A stretch of DNA of 64,000 nucleotides from Candidatus Omnitrophota bacterium (lineage in GTDB: Bacteria > Omnitrophota > Gorgyraeia > JAFGHF01), in assembly GCA_020341815.1 (NCBI GenBank), contig CP070837.1, forward strand, positions 1,236,575 through 1,300,574, written 5' to 3'. Position 1 is the stretch's first letter. Each line of letters opens with the position of its first letter. The notes beneath the pieces are model-generated. The model saw only the letters and a list, made by a program, of their open reading frames with translations, was not told where the DNA came from and made no database searches. This document shows, piece after piece, positions 1 through 15,000 of this stretch. Made by a program: the position numbers and the translations under genes.

Positions 1-3000
1 TTAATACGCCCCAGTACGGGCACATTGCTTGGCGGCACAGGGACAAGATGGCAGAATGATTTAAAATCAGATGAACCGGATAAAGTCAAATTCAAAGATA
101 AATTAATAAATAACCTCCGTCCAGAATTAAGGGAATACATACATTATTTTAAGGCTGCAGTGTCTGTTGGAAAAACAGGCAAGACTGTTTTAAGCGTAGC
201 TCATATAGATAAAGAAAGCTTAATGCAGTCAGGAATGTTTATAATGACTAATGAGACGAATCGAGAGGTGGCTGAGGAGTTTATAAAGGCAGTTATAGAA
301 GAAGAGCTTGGTGAGCGTGATGCTGAAACGGCAATAGCGAAAACTATGATGGTGGTGCAGCGGATAACGCCACGCCGCGTGCCAACCGAAGAAATGGCGA
401 GGAAATATTTTGAAAGAGAGCCCGATAAAATCCCCAGAAAAAAGAACGGAAAAATTATACATAGACAGGTTAAGAAAATCTATAAATATTGCAGAGAGCA
501 CGCGGGCGAGATAGCTATTGATATGAAGACATTGCTGCCAAAAAATAAATTTGGCAGTTTGTTAACGAAATTAGCCGTATTTTTTAAAGCTTTTTTACCT
601 GCTGGATTGCGAAGAAGACTATTTTGTAACAGCGTCGTATTTGGTCCTGAGAATCATTGGGATTTCATAAAGTATTTTGTGGCAAAAGCCTTCTTCCTTA
701 AGGTGTTAAAGAATGTAATGAGGGATGGCCAGATTCACGACCATTTCAAGCGCCTTGGAAACCAGGATGAGTTAGGCGGCGCCTTGGGAGAAGGAAGGCC
801 TGGGGAATTATCCTGGAAGTGGCTGTTGCATTCAGCCCAATCAAAAGGAGGATTATATGAGTTGATAGATGATACTGAGAAGATGCCTCTTGCAAAATGG
901 GAAGATTATTGGAAGAGCTCTGATTTTAGAAAGCGAATCTTGGGAATTGCCGGTGCAGTAATTGAAGGGGGAAGCACACCGGGTTATACCACTGGCGGTG
1001 GGATAGGTATCTTGGTAAGAAATATAGCTGGTGAAATAATCAGAACTATAGGTGTTTCAGAGCGAGGAAATTCAGCGTTGGGCGAGGATAAGATACAGAC
1101 CAGTATTACCAACTCTAATACAATTACTTACAGTGTGTTGGCAATAGCCTTATCCTGTGGTTTGAGGCCCAGTGATATACAGAAAATGATAAAAGAAATG
1201 GATGGCAATAATGGCCAGCTGCCTCTTGAACAAGAGAGCAGATTAAGCGAAAGGGTAAGATTTTTAGAGCAGCAATTTGTCCCTGTGCGTTATCAGGTGA
1301 AGTTAAGGCCGGGTAATCGTCCGGTAGTGGGCCAGGAGCGCGATATACATGGTTTATTAGGCAGAGGAATGGGCGACTTGCTTGTAATTGGCGAAACTAA
1401 AGATACTTATAAGCAGAAGATACAGCAATTAGATGAATTGTTATTAAAAGAAGAAATTACTTCTGGCGAACACCAGATTAAAGAAGAAAGGATAGCAAAA
1501 GATTTCACATTTTTACCCGGCAAACAATTTGACCATCTGAAGAATAGACAAAGGGCGGAAAAAGCGTTGATAAGGGTTTTGAAATTAGAAAATTCAAGCT
1601 CTCCTATTAATCCTGTAGCAGAAATAGACAGCAGAGATAAGACTGTTGATTCATTTAAGATCCCTGAAGAAATGAAGAAAGGCAAAGAAGGCCTGATTGT
1701 CTATGAAGTTGTTAATATTGGAAAGGTCCGAAAAAGAGGAGAGCCTTGTGTTTGGATTTGGTTTAGGGAAGAAGGTATTGCTGCTTGGGGCAGGGGAGTA
1801 GTTTGTACAAAAGAAATTATATATCCAACTTACACTATGTCCTGGGGCAAATATAGGTTAGAAATTTCCCATGACAGATTTAAGAAAAAAATAGTATTTA
1901 AGATTATTTGTCAGTCTTTTAAAGAAGAAGGGCAAGATAAGTCATTTGAGGCGGTAGTTGTGCCACGGAAATCTTTCTTAAACTCTCTTTGTCCTATTAT
2001 GACAAAGGAAACCTCCAGCCCGGCCATTTCAAAGACACAGACCTTCGGCGTGGTGAAGATTGGTTCTTTCTCCTCCCCAACAGAACAAAAGCCGACTAGG
2101 AAGCAGTTAGTGCTCAAGGCCTATAGCGGAGATAAAAGGCCTTCATTTAGTGAGTTATACGAGATTTTAATAACGGCTAACCCTGCCATAGCCTGTACAC
2201 TGTCCAAAGAAGATTTTCTGAAATGGCTAAAGGAAAGTGGATTGTGTAAAAAGATATGGTCTATGGTGATAAAGCAGATATATAGAGAAGTATTTTGCAC
2301 GGTCGATGTTATCTTGGCGTATCCGCCTAAGATTAAAACGGAAGAAGAATTATATAAAGAATTTAAGGAGAAATATGGCTTTGAAGGACTTAAAGAAGAC
2401 AGTTTTTATAATTTTTTGAACTTTGAATTGGCTTCCAAAAATACGACCTGGCAGAAAGAACGCTATAGAGAAACAAGAAGAAGAAAACGGCTAATATTAC
2501 AAGCTATGTTTCTGGAACGTGACATCAACTCAATAGGTGACTTGCGGGAAGTATTGGAAGAAAAAATAAAAGACTATACATTTACAACTTCTGTTGTTAA
2601 AAAGCTGATGCACTGCACGGGATATACTTTTAAAGCTCTGCGGGAGGAGTTTTCTCCTCTGAAGAAACAGTCACAAGAAAGAAACCGGCGCATATTAGAA
2701 GCTGTGTTTCAAGAACATAAAGTCAGTTCAATAGATGAGCTAAGGGAACTATTGGAAAAAAAGTTAAACTGCAGACTCACAGTTAAGACCGTTGAGGGCA
2801 TGCTAAACAGCGCGAGGTATACTTTGGAAGGCCTGCAGAAGAAGTTTTCTTCCGGGCAGGATAAAGCAGGCAGTCCCGTTAAGTCTATAGAAATATCTGA
2901 TATAGGAAGAACTACGGATACAGTGGACGTTTCCGATGCAATGATGGAAGGAAAAGAAGGCATAATTGTCTATAGACTATTTGATTGCGGTAGTATTAGG

Positions 3001-6000
3001 CAAGAGGCTCGCATTTGGATTTTCTTTAGAAAAGGCCACATTATTGTTTCTGCTACGGGAGACTTAAAGCCTATATCAGAAGGCTGTTGGCACTATTGTC
3101 CATGGTGGAATAGTTATGACTTGGAAATCAGATATCTTTCAGGAGATAAAAAAATACGCTTCCAGGTTCCCCGCGATGAGACTTCTTATAGATCTAAATC
3201 TACTGTACAGGAAAAAAAGTTAAGGTTTAAGATAGAAGTTGTATCTCGGGAAGATGGCGTAAACTCTCTTTGGCCTGTTAAGGGAAAAGAAACCTCCAGC
3301 CCGGCCAATTCAAAGACACAGACCTTCGGCGCAGTGGTGAAGGTCGATTCTTTCTCCTCTATTTCATCCCCTATTTCAATAGCTAAGTTGATAGAAAAAT
3401 GGTATATAAGGCAATTAAAGTCTCCATTTAGTATTTTTGGAGGAGGTTTGCATGCGGAAATTGAGATTAGTATGCGAGCTGTTGGTAAACTAGAAAATAT
3501 AGGTAGTGAGCAAGCTATAAAAGCATTGGCTGAAACATTACAGAATATGAATGCCGATAAGAGTGTTCTTAGTAAAGTGGCGGATGCCTTAGGCAACAAT
3601 ATCTCTTTAGTAAAAAATGACGCTGTTATTAAGGAAAAGATAATTCCTGCGCTAATCAAAGCTTTATTTGAAAAACGTGGTTTAGATAATAGAAGGGATA
3701 TTATTACAAAACATGCAGCTTTATCATTAAATAAAGCCATTGATTATATAGAAGATAATCCTATTATAGAAGAAATAGCAACTAATTTGATTAAGGCTTT
3801 TAGACTTAACCGGGAGGAGGAGATTATCAATGCTTTATTAAAAATCAGAAATTTTGCTATTCCTCTTCTAATTAAAGACTTAAAAAGCCCAGATGGCAAT
3901 GTCCGCCGCTCCGCCGCCAAGGCCTTAAGCTACTTTGGTCCTGAGCCCATTCCTCTTCTAATTAAAGACTTAAAAAGCCCAGATAATGATGTACGTCGGA
4001 AGGTCGTTGAAGCCTTAAGCTACTTTGGTCCTGAGGCCAAAGAAGCTGTTCCTGTATTAGTTAGAACTTTAGCTGATAAAGATAAATTTATTTTTGGCGC
4101 GGCAGTTTATGCCTTATATTGCATAACAGGAATTCCTTCAAACGAGATACTGCATAATTATTTGCAGAAAGGTGCTATTTCTAACGAAATTGCAGAACAA
4201 GCATCAATTAATATCGGTCCTGAAGCGGCAAAAACATTAATAGAGGTAGTTGGAATTAGTAAAAAATATGAACCAGAAGTAGTAAAAATATTGAAAGGTA
4301 ATGGACTAATAGCAAGATTTTTACTTATGGCAAGATTGAATGATAGATTATCTGGGATTGCCGATAATTTGTTGGCACGGCAAGGAGATTATTGTAAGCA
4401 AATATTGAATGACGACACAAGGCAATTATTTAATATCTTTTCTGAAGACATGTCTATAACTTCTCAAGAGGAATGGACAAAAAGATTTATGGATATTAAG
4501 GATGATAAACTATTTACTTATTGCATTATCCGCGCCAGGTATTTTATTAATAATTTTTCTGAGAAATCAAAATGGGATAATTTTATAAATTATTTGGATA
4601 GCAATAAAATCCATAATATCCAGGCGGTAAGCGATTTTCATTGTTATACAGGAGAATGTGTGAAATGTTGTGAAAAATGGCCCGTATCAATGACGATGCT
4701 CGATTTATACCGTATACGGTTTATTTTGCAGCAGCGAAAAGTTAGAAAGAGCCTAAAGGACTTATTTATAGAGAATGTTGATGCAACACATTTCTATATC
4801 TCTATTGTTGATAATGGATTTGTTGAAGTTATTCCTCGATTCAATCAACCATGCCCATTTATAGATTATGAGAATATGAATTGCAGTATCTATGATGTCA
4901 GGCCGTTAATATGCCGTATTTTCCCGGGATATACTATAAATAGTATAGCTAAAGAAAAGACACTGTCTTATAAAAAAGAAGGTCTTAAGTGCATTAAAGA
5001 AGGCATAAATATCTCTGAGGCAAGAAGCACATATCTTTATAAACTCCAAATAGCTAAATGGGAAGAAGAAATGTTTACAATTGACGAAATGGATTTGCAT
5101 ATAGAGGATGAAGGTATTATGAATGATACGCCAAGTTCTTATTGGGATATTGCAGTACAGAAAGATACATATAAAAAAATCATAACAAAGTTGATACAAC
5201 TTGATAATTCGGACAATTTAAATGAATTTCTTAAAAAAGCATTAATATATATTCAGCGGTTTAAGTTATTAGAGTATGGAGAGAATCTATTTGATGAGGA
5301 AATTCAATCCTCTCCTGTAGTCGGCGCAGTGGTGAGGATTGGGTATATAAATAATATAAATAGGGACAGCGACCATTTTAACGACTACCCAACGCAAGAA
5401 CCGAAGCAGGCAAGTACGCCGGATGAAAAGGTGGGCAGTTCGCCCGTGAAAAGTAATATAGTTTATCTGGAGACTTCCAATATCTTAGATGGAAATTGGA
5501 GAGAGAGATTAAACTCTTTGAGGATGTTAAGGCCTAAGAGACCACTAACATTGCTTTGTGGAGGCATATCAAGACAAATTACATCAACATTGTGCAATGT
5601 TACTTCCCATATTTGGACGACAGATACCTTGACTATGCTTACATACTCAGTTCCGCTGGCAGTAATTATCTCAATCTTTCTACGGGATTTGGTCGGATCG
5701 CAGCCTATGCTTAACGCTGCATCGCTGGGAATGCTGGTAATGCTAGCTCCTGTATCCAGAGCCATCGTTAGAAAGACAGGTTTACCTTTATTACCTTTTA
5801 AGGATATATTGATAGGTATTAGATGTAATTTTGGATTGAGGAAATATTTAGCCATAAATATTGAAGGCTGCAGCATATCCTTTAGGCAGGTCATCTTGAG
5901 AATAGGTAACAAAAATAGGATATTTAGAGTTATACTTGGCTATTTCTTTATATATAGTTGTTCTGTCAGGGCTGTGATCAAGAAGCTGTCCAGTGATGGG

Positions 6001-9000
6001 TTTAGCGTTTTTCACTTGCTTTACTTTTATCAAGAGCCATTCGTTTTTGAAAGCTTTTTTGATGTTGTCTATTTTCTGGATATTCTTCATCATTCTGCAC
6101 CTCCTGCCATTGGAGCGTTCCATAAGCGCCTTTATCTTTATAACATAGGCCATTTTGAAAGTCAAGGTAAAAAGGTAGGCCAGGAGTCGGGAATCCTGCT
6201 ATCCTCTTCGCCGGTTAAAGAAACCTCCAGCCCCGCCAATTCAAAGACACAGACCTTCGGCGCAGTGGTGAAGGTCGATTCTTTCTCCTCCCCAGCAGAA
6301 CAAAAGCCGATTGGACAGGGTAAGGGCAGCAGCCCCGTCAGGGCAAAGAAAAAGCCTGCTAAAACTGAATTTCAGAGATTGGAAAAAGAGGTCGGGAGAG
6401 TTTTGGAAATAGGCAGTGTGAGCGATTTAGATGAAATGTTCAATACATTAGAGAGCTTTATGGAGGGCAGTAGGAACGATAAAGAAATTGAAGAAGCTCG
6501 CAAGTTGCAGATAAAAGTTTTAAATAGAATTAACTATTTTGAAAATATGCAAAAACAGTGCATCTTTTTACAAAGGAAAGTTAATAGAGCCAAGGAATTA
6601 TATGATGCAGGAAATTTTACTGAGGCGCAAGATTGTCTTAATGAAATATCGCTGCCAGATATCCAAGATGGCTTTGAAACACAAATCGGCCATATCAATC
6701 GTCAGATAGAGGAATTAAGAGGCTTGTTGCAGCAGGAATTATCGGCATTAGATTTGTATAGAGAGGCCGAAAATGTATTGGAAGACAAAGATGCGCCTGT
6801 AGAAATACTGCAGGAAATACATGCGCGGATGTTAAATATAAATCCTGTAGAAGAGAATAAATCATTCCAGAAGTTGAAAAATATGCTAAACTCCCGCATT
6901 ATTTTAGAACGGAAGAGAATTGCAGAAAATAATCTAAAGAGACAGAAGGCGTTGGAAAAAACGTTGGAAGAGATGGACTCTATGCCGACTCATAAGATGG
7001 ATAATCTTATTCAATCCGGGAAGTTTAATCCGGAAGAAGTAAAGACTTTAGAGAGAAGACGCAATAAAATCGAGAGAAAAAGGGAGGAAGAGGAATTAAA
7101 CATAATATTTAATAAAGCTATAAAACTTGTGCAGTCTGGCAAAGCAAAGAAGGCTTTGCAAATGATTGATAGAGAAATTAAAATTTGTAATGCCACTTCT
7201 GAAAATACTTTAAGAGACCATAGAAGAAAAATAAGATTATTAATTCAGATATTAAAGGAAGAGCTTAAAAGGATATTTCTAAAATTTGGTTTTGTTGAAG
7301 AAGGGGATATAGCAGTGGCGAGAGATGTATTTAAGAATGTTGATATTCTATCGAATAGAGAAAGAATAAGAATGGGTATAAAAACATTGGAATTACTTGC
7401 ATTTGGTCCGGAACAGAGCTTATTAGAAATAGATCAGGGTTTATCTAGGGATTCTTTGTCTCTTGAATCTCTTTCTTTGTTTGCTATTGTTTGTGGAGCA
7501 AATGTTACATGTTGTGTTTCAAATGAATATAATAAAGAAGTCTTACAATTGAATATAAATAATCGTCTCAAGGAGATTGGTCATTTAATGATTAACGGGT
7601 TAAAATTAGGCAGAGTTTCTTGGGTAATAGGGTCTATTCATCGGGAAGATATAGTCAGACAATTGCAGAAAAGAGGCCCATTTACCCGTATTATTCATTC
7701 GCAAGCTATAAACCCATCTAAAAATAATGCGGAATATATTAAAAAAACTTACAATTCATTAGTCGGCCTATTAGAACCAAAATCAAAATCAGTCCTTTGT
7801 GTAAGCTGGAAAGAAAGAGATGGCTGTGGCATGTGTAGGTTAATAACTGAGTTGGTAACAGGCTCTTGCAATGCATGTGATTGCGATAGAGGGATGCTTG
7901 AAGAAGAGCTGAAAAATGTATTTGAAACAAATGGTTTATCAGTTAAGAAAAAGGCTATTGTAAAGGAGCCTTTAATTCCCGCAGAAGGAACTAATAGATA
8001 TATCTATATATTAGAAGGCAACCAGTCCTCTCCTGTAGTCGGCGCAGTGGTGCAAATTAATTCTTTCTCCTCAAATGCCCACTCCAGCCCTGCTGAGGCA
8101 AGGGAATTGGAGCGGGGAATGAAGGATGCTTTTGCTGCAAATCCAGATGAATGGCTTGAAGATTGTAGCGCGGAAACCAAATTATTCAGGCCGGGTGATG
8201 GCGTAAGGCCCCTGCAAAGGTATGCTCCGTATTTTATAGAAATCGTGGCCAGGGCTATTGTTTATGGGCTTGGCTGGCTGCCGAAGGAAAATATCCAAAG
8301 CGGCCTTCCCGCTGCGGAGTTAAATAAGGCTATCACCTGGCATCTGGTGCAGGGGTTAGAGAATTTAGGATTACAGAAAGGGGTTTCTTTTGAGGTATGG
8401 ATTAGGGAGACTCAAAGGAAGATGATTTCCGGCACTAATAAGGTAGGAGACATAATCGGCGATGAATCTGCAAAGAGATTTTTAATTTATTATGACCCTG
8501 TGGAGAACTCCGCTGGTGTCTCAGGCAAGAATGCGCAGGAGGTAATGACGGTTCTGGTATGCATTGATGGAGACAAAGAGCGCTTGTCTGCTATTCCTGA
8601 TGGCCTCTATATAGACCAGTTCATTTTGGGGGATGGGTTTAGAAAGGTGGACTTGGATTTTGGCAATATCGTGGGCACTTTAGAAAGCGCAGCCGGCGCA
8701 AGGCTAGGACAGATGAAAATAGTTATGTTAGGCCGAGAGGCAAACAGAGATATTATAGAGGAGTTGGTAAAATCAAAGAGAATACCTGTAAGAACTAAGA
8801 ATTTAGACCAAATGCAGGAGGCTTGGGAGAAAAGCGAAAGCGGAATCTGGCACAACGGGAATCTGATATTCTTCAAACAGGGCATTGCCGCAGCCGGCCC
8901 TTGGCTTGCTTCGGGGAAGGCCGATGTTGTATTGGGCCGCGCTCAACAAGAAGCCTTAATAGTGGCCCTGATGGCGCTATGCGCAGGCAAGGGGTGTCAG

Positions 9001-12000
9001 TTTGGATTAGAGCTATGTAATAAAGATAGAGAAAGAGGAAACTTCTCTGATGAGGACCTGGCGATTATGGATCAGGCTGATATCGGCCCTCCCGGGGCAA
9101 AAGGGCATCGGTTTAAATGGGATCAGCCGATTACAAATGAGACCATTGGAAAACCCAGGGATATTTCTGTTACTTGCGGCTATATTAAAGACAGCTCAAT
9201 AATTGGCTTGAAAGGCGTGCACGCAGAAGGCGATTTAGCTTTTGGAGATGTCATAACCTTAGGGTTGGGCGGAAGAAAGTGGGCCGGCAGATTAAAATAT
9301 AGGATAAAAGAGACAACATCTCCAGAAAAAGAAACTTCGGAAAACTGGGCAAGGCATTTTTATAATAGCGCAAAGCCAGATTATGTCTTTGGCCAGCATG
9401 AGCAGGCAGAGCAGCATGTTAACCATGCACTGCAGTTAGAATGCGATAATCCAGCATATTTAGCGGCAAAATTTTATCTTGAGGGAATAAGATTATTGCT
9501 GGAGTCACCTTCCCCGGAGGTTCTTGAGAAGGCCTGGAATAAGTTCTGGCAGGCGTTTAAGATATCTGCCGGCCATTTGAGCGAGGTCTTTGATGCTGGA
9601 AAAATACTGAAGAAGATGGTTTTTTATATGACAAACGTGAGCCACAGCACAAGGCTATATTGCAAGACATCGGCAGAGCTCTTTATGGGTATTGAGCTTG
9701 CCTACCTGAGGCAGATTCGCTATTTGCGCGAGAAAGAAACAGCCGTATTAAGATTTGTCTATAGCAAATATTCTCCCGAGCCTGGCTCCCGCGATGATTA
9801 TGGAAAGAGGTTAATATTGGCCCATTTAAAATACTACGGCTTAATAGAGCGGCTTGCCGCAGGCGATAGCAGCCTTGACCAAACTGTGGTGAACGGCGAG
9901 CTAATTCCAATATTTAAAGAGATGCAAGCAGCATTTGCCGGATTGAAGTACAATTGGGATGCCTGGGAGCTTCTATTGCTTGCTCTTAGCTGTTACGGGG
10001 ACACTCCTGTAACTGACTGGGGCGGCCTGGCTATGGGTAATGGTATCTGGCTGGCGGCCCAGGAGGCCCTGAAGGTAGGTTTTAAGCAAAAGGCGATAGA
10101 AGAGTTGGAGAAACTGCTGTTTTTTAATAGATTTAAAGCCATATTTATAGGTAATGCATTGCAGATAACATTGAGACAGCTTGAGGAAGGCAAAACACTA
10201 ACCGCCGATAAGCAGATGGGGATTAGAGAAGCAGAAGAAGCCGCTAGGATGTATTATACAGGGGGCGCAAATTGGCATTTGCTTAAGAAGGCTTTCTTTA
10301 GCTATATCGGCTTAATAATGAAATATGAGGGAAAAAGCGCAAAAGAGATAGCCCAGGTAAAGGAAAGCATTGAGAAGTGGCTCCAGGAGAACAATGTTAA
10401 CCATCTAAGATTAGAGAAAAGAGACGGAGAGGTCTTTGTCTATTTTGAAGACTGGAAATGGAGTTTTGAAAGATTGCCCTTATCAGAATTTATAGAAAAT
10501 AATATAAAGAAGGTATCCCAAAGAAAAGTAAAAACTAAAGTCACCTTTTGGCCAAAAGGGATTTACAGTGATAAAATGGAGTATCGTGCTAAAAGAGTTT
10601 TTACGGTAATTTGTAACGTTACAGGAATTGGCTTAATTTTTGTGAACTTTGGATGGAAATGGGCAACTGTATTCGCTATCTTTTTTGCAGCTTTGACCTG
10701 GATTGCGATAAAGGCCTGGCAGAAGATAAAACTCTTTATAAAATCCAAAAAAGGTGAAGATGCATATTATGATGATTCACAGACAACGGATAATCAAGAT
10801 TCTGGCGATGTATCAAGCAGCCCGATAAATATCTTTGAAAAGGATACCGCGCAGAATATTAGAGAAAAGAATAGAATTAAGCAGCAGCCCTCCAGCTCAC
10901 CGGCTGATAATGCTGAAAATAAGCTTGCTACCTTGACTCTTGAGGTAAGAAAAATACAATATTTATGGAATTTGTATGAATATCATTTTACGCTACCGCC
11001 TTCAGGATTAAAGACTAATATGCTCGGGCATATTGAAGACCCTGAATTTTTTCATGTTTATTTTGAAAATTCATTACACATAAAAGATTTTTTCGCTACT
11101 TTAGCCGCAACAGCAGATGAATCCACCGAAGAGATATTAGAAATATTAAAGAGAAGAAATATTCTATATTTTGCCGCTTTCGCTATCAATGGCTCAAATA
11201 AAGTTCCTATAGGATTCGGTTTATATTATATAGATAAGAATCATCTAGGGCATCATGTAGCAAAATGGATATTCCTCACACTTTCCGGAAACGATGTTTC
11301 AGGATTTATGAAAAATTATTTGCATGTTTTAAAGAAAAATATCGGAATGAAGAGCGAATATTTAGTTTGTAAACTTCCGAAAAGCTTTAAGTGCAGCACC
11401 CTTTCTTTAAATGAAGAGTCTGCAAAGTCGGATCATGTAAATCCATTGAATAGTGGATTTCCTTCTTTAAGCAATCTTCTCAATCCCGATACTTCTAAAT
11501 ATGATGTTTATCTTGCTGGAGAATTAACTGAAGAATTAAAAGAAGTATTTCCTGCCCAGCCTTTCTGGAAATTTTTACAATGTCCGGTTAAAGTTATAAA
11601 AGGGCATCTGAAACTTCTTATTTCTTCCAGTCCTGCGCAGGGAAAACCATTAAATATTCTTTTAGTAAAGCCAAGGCCTAAAAATCAGGAGATAAGCTCA
11701 CTTTGGTATCCGCTTGGTTTGATGAGCGTAGCATCTTTCTTGATAGATTCGGGACATAAGATAAAAATCTTAGATTTACAGATTATGTCAAAAAATTTCA
11801 ATTTCACAGAGTATATTGGGCAATTCCCTCCGGATATCATAGGGATAGGTGCTTTAACAGTTGAAATTGATGAGGCAGAGAAGTTATGCAGGGATGCTAA
11901 GCGTCTATTTCCCGATATGTTGGCAGTGTTAGGGGGAAATCATATTTCTGCTTTACCGGAAGAGGTTATGCAGGATACAGTTTTTGATGTGGGGGTTATT

Positions 12001-15000
12001 GGTGAAGGGGAAGAAACCTTCGCCGAACTTGTTAGGCACATATCGTTAGGCCTAATGGATTTATCACTCATAAAGGGAATCATTTATAAGACAAAAGAGG
12101 GAAAAATTAAAAAGACTGCACCGCGGGAGCTTATGAAAATTGAAAAATATCCTATGGCTTCTGAAAGTATAGATTTATTGGAAGTTAAAAAATATCCATT
12201 ACATAGAGGAGCAATTTTTACATCAAGAAAATGTCCGGGAAGATGTATTTTTTGTGCCTCACAGAAAATATTTGGAGACAGGAAATTAAATGATATCAAA
12301 AGTGCAGAAAGCATCTTTGGGGAGATTATGTATCTATACAATCGCAATATAAGAACAATAGATATATTAGACGATACTTTTACAATAAATAAGCAAAGAG
12401 TATTGAAATTAGCCGATTTAATAGAACAATCAAGAATAAAAATAAAATTCTTTATTTCAACACGGGCGGATTTTATAGATAAGAAGATAGCAGATGCCTT
12501 GAAGCGAATGGGTTGCGTAACTGTCAGGATAGGGGTGGAATCCGGCGACCAAGAATTGTTGGATAAGGTGATTGATAAAGGCATAAAATTACAACAGGTT
12601 ATTGATGCTACAAGGCTGTTACAGGAAATTAAAATATATATGGTGCACTATTTTATATTTGGTCTGCCGGACCAGAATTGGGATAGCGTTAGAAAATCGG
12701 CTCGATTTATGTTAAAAAATCCTCCAAATAGAGTAAATGTTTTTATGGCAGTGCCTATTCCCGGTTCCAGTTTGTATAGCGACCCAAGAATATCTGTAGT
12801 TGACCGAGAGAATTATTCTCTATATTACTCTATGCCATTAAGCACAGAAGCATTTTCTCGCCTTCCTTGCTTTACAAAAACCAATGTGATGAATAGCGGA
12901 AATATAAGTTTGGCCCGTTGGGCATCAATGGAAATCTTTAGAAATAGAAAAAATCCGAGAATTGTTAAGAAATGGATGAAAAAAATAGGGGTTTCCTCCC
13001 CGGTTTCATTTCTGGACAGGGCAGAAAATAAACTCAAGAGTATGGGGTATTTGGTGGAAAATAATCTTTTTTATTTTATATATGAACAAATCCTGCGCCA
13101 TATAAATTTGGACATGAAAAAGGCAGACTTTATGGATACGCGGGATGTTAGGTTAAAGGCAAGAAGGATAATAAATTTAATTTCTGCTATGAAAAATTTG
13201 GGCTATTTAGATAAAAAAGCCGATATAGTGAAATTTCTTGCTTACGGGTTAAAGCCAGAATTTTCTGATGACCTTGAGAATATGAATTACCGAGATCTTA
13301 CCGATGCGGCAATTTGCCAGTTAATTTATATTATATTAGATGGCTTATTGTGTGAAACCGGAGGGGAAATAGCAGTCTTTAACAGCGCTTCCAAACCCGT
13401 GATACTAGTTTTCCCTGATGGAAATATAGATATGCCTGATAGGCTGTGCTTGCTTATAGATATCGATTTTGATAGAGCAGGGCAGGAAATCCTGTATAAA
13501 CAATTTAGGGTGGGCTCCTTCTATCAGCCCCATTTTTATAGCAATAAATATGTAATATTCTTTTTGAAAAAAGGCATAGATATTACAGATTCTACCGGAA
13601 AATATTTGACAGAAAATTGCCCTTACCTTTATTCTGCGCTTCCTTTACGTAAAAATATGGGATTTTTGAATATGATTTGCACAAAACGCGCACAGGCTTA
13701 TGAAGATTTATTGAAAGATGTCCCCGCCGCTATTGCAGAATGTGAGAGGATGATTACAATTAGAGATAAAAAAGATGATAGCGATAGAAGATTTGATAAT
13801 TTGATTTATGGTAAATTCTTTAATCTTTGTAGCCAAAACGGCTGTTATGAGAAAATTAATCCCGAATTGCTTAGAGTTATCCGTGTTTATGCCGGAATTC
13901 TTAGTGAGATTTTTGACGATAATCCCGGCAATATAGATGAAATCGATTTAGTTGTTTTAAAAAAGACATTCAGAAAAAGCGAGGAATTTAAGTTATATGA
14001 GAATTGCGCAAAGCTGGACTGGAATACATTTTGCCGTGGATTAGAAAAAAGTTCTTTAAAGACATATTTCGAAAGGCTTATTAACAAAAAAACTGTATTT
14101 CTTGAAAGAGGAGACAGCTTTGATCCTGAAGTTGAGCGCCAGGTAAATGAATTAACTCGGCTCTTGGGCAATGCAATTATGTGGGTTAGATTAATGGCGT
14201 TCTTTGAGGATGATATTTCTGCAGAGACATTAGGGGTGTCTATAATGCCGAATATGTTTGACACAGTAATTACAAGCTATGCCGGCAGGCGCTCATCCAG
14301 GTCTTCGCCTATAAGGCCTACGGAAGAGCCGCTTTCTCCGATAGCCGCTTGCGCCTTGAAGAATCTTAGACAGACAATTTTACTTATCGATGTATTAGTA
14401 AGAGATAATTATGATAAAAAGGATATGGATATCCCCGATCTAATTTTTAGTAACCTGCAAGCTTTAGAAAAAGATTGTCAAGTAATTGAGAGCGAAGTAA
14501 TTAAAATATTCAAGGCATTATGCATAAAAGATAATTATGATAACATTCTGACATATATGAAAAATTTTCATTCAGAGATTGGGGTAATTTTGTATAGATT
14601 ATTTTTGGTGACTGCAAGAATTGATATCGCTAAAAATATTTACAAAAAACTGGGTGAAGCGATAAGCACCTTATATCTTGTTATTGAAATGACAATTAAT
14701 TTCATTCAATTCCAGACCATAGGCTTTCTGAATTTAACAGAATATTATGAAGTCACAGAGAATCGCAATGAGGAGACGAAGGAAAGTTCATATATTCTTT
14801 ACATTGGAAAAATGCTGCTGGGTATGTTCTGCCACTGGAAAAGACGCTTACGTAAATTAGAGGAAAGAGGCGGGATGAATTTGGCGTTAAGCGACCTAAA
14901 TGTCTTTGGTGAAGCCGGTTCCGGATTATGGGAATTGATAAAGATTTCTTATAATTTGAAAAAGGTGTTTGCAATAGCAGATCATTATTTTCCTCTGCTT

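Noticed and set aside
2490-2770. Two further sigma-r4-like helices (RLILQAMFLERDINSIGDLREVLEE and RRILEAVFQEHKVSSIDELRELLEKK)
   Set aside because: The resemblance is too weak and short to call. They could be generic amphipathic helices.
5425-6225. Intein or group II intron as the explanation for the non-domain-like sense translation across the cassettes
   Set aside because: No intein splice blocks (the C..., HN/C+1 motifs) and no reverse-transcriptase or maturase ORF or intron domain-V-like structure are present. The recognisable coding is on the opposite strand.
8823-9020. Plus-strand ORF in another frame inside the giant gene, and antisense ORFs at 8607-8885, 9683-9910 and 9993-10193
   Set aside because: They lie in the GC-rich patch, where stops are rare in all frames. 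No motifs are present, and the sequences are Arg/Gly/Pro-rich and typical of off-frame GC-rich translation.
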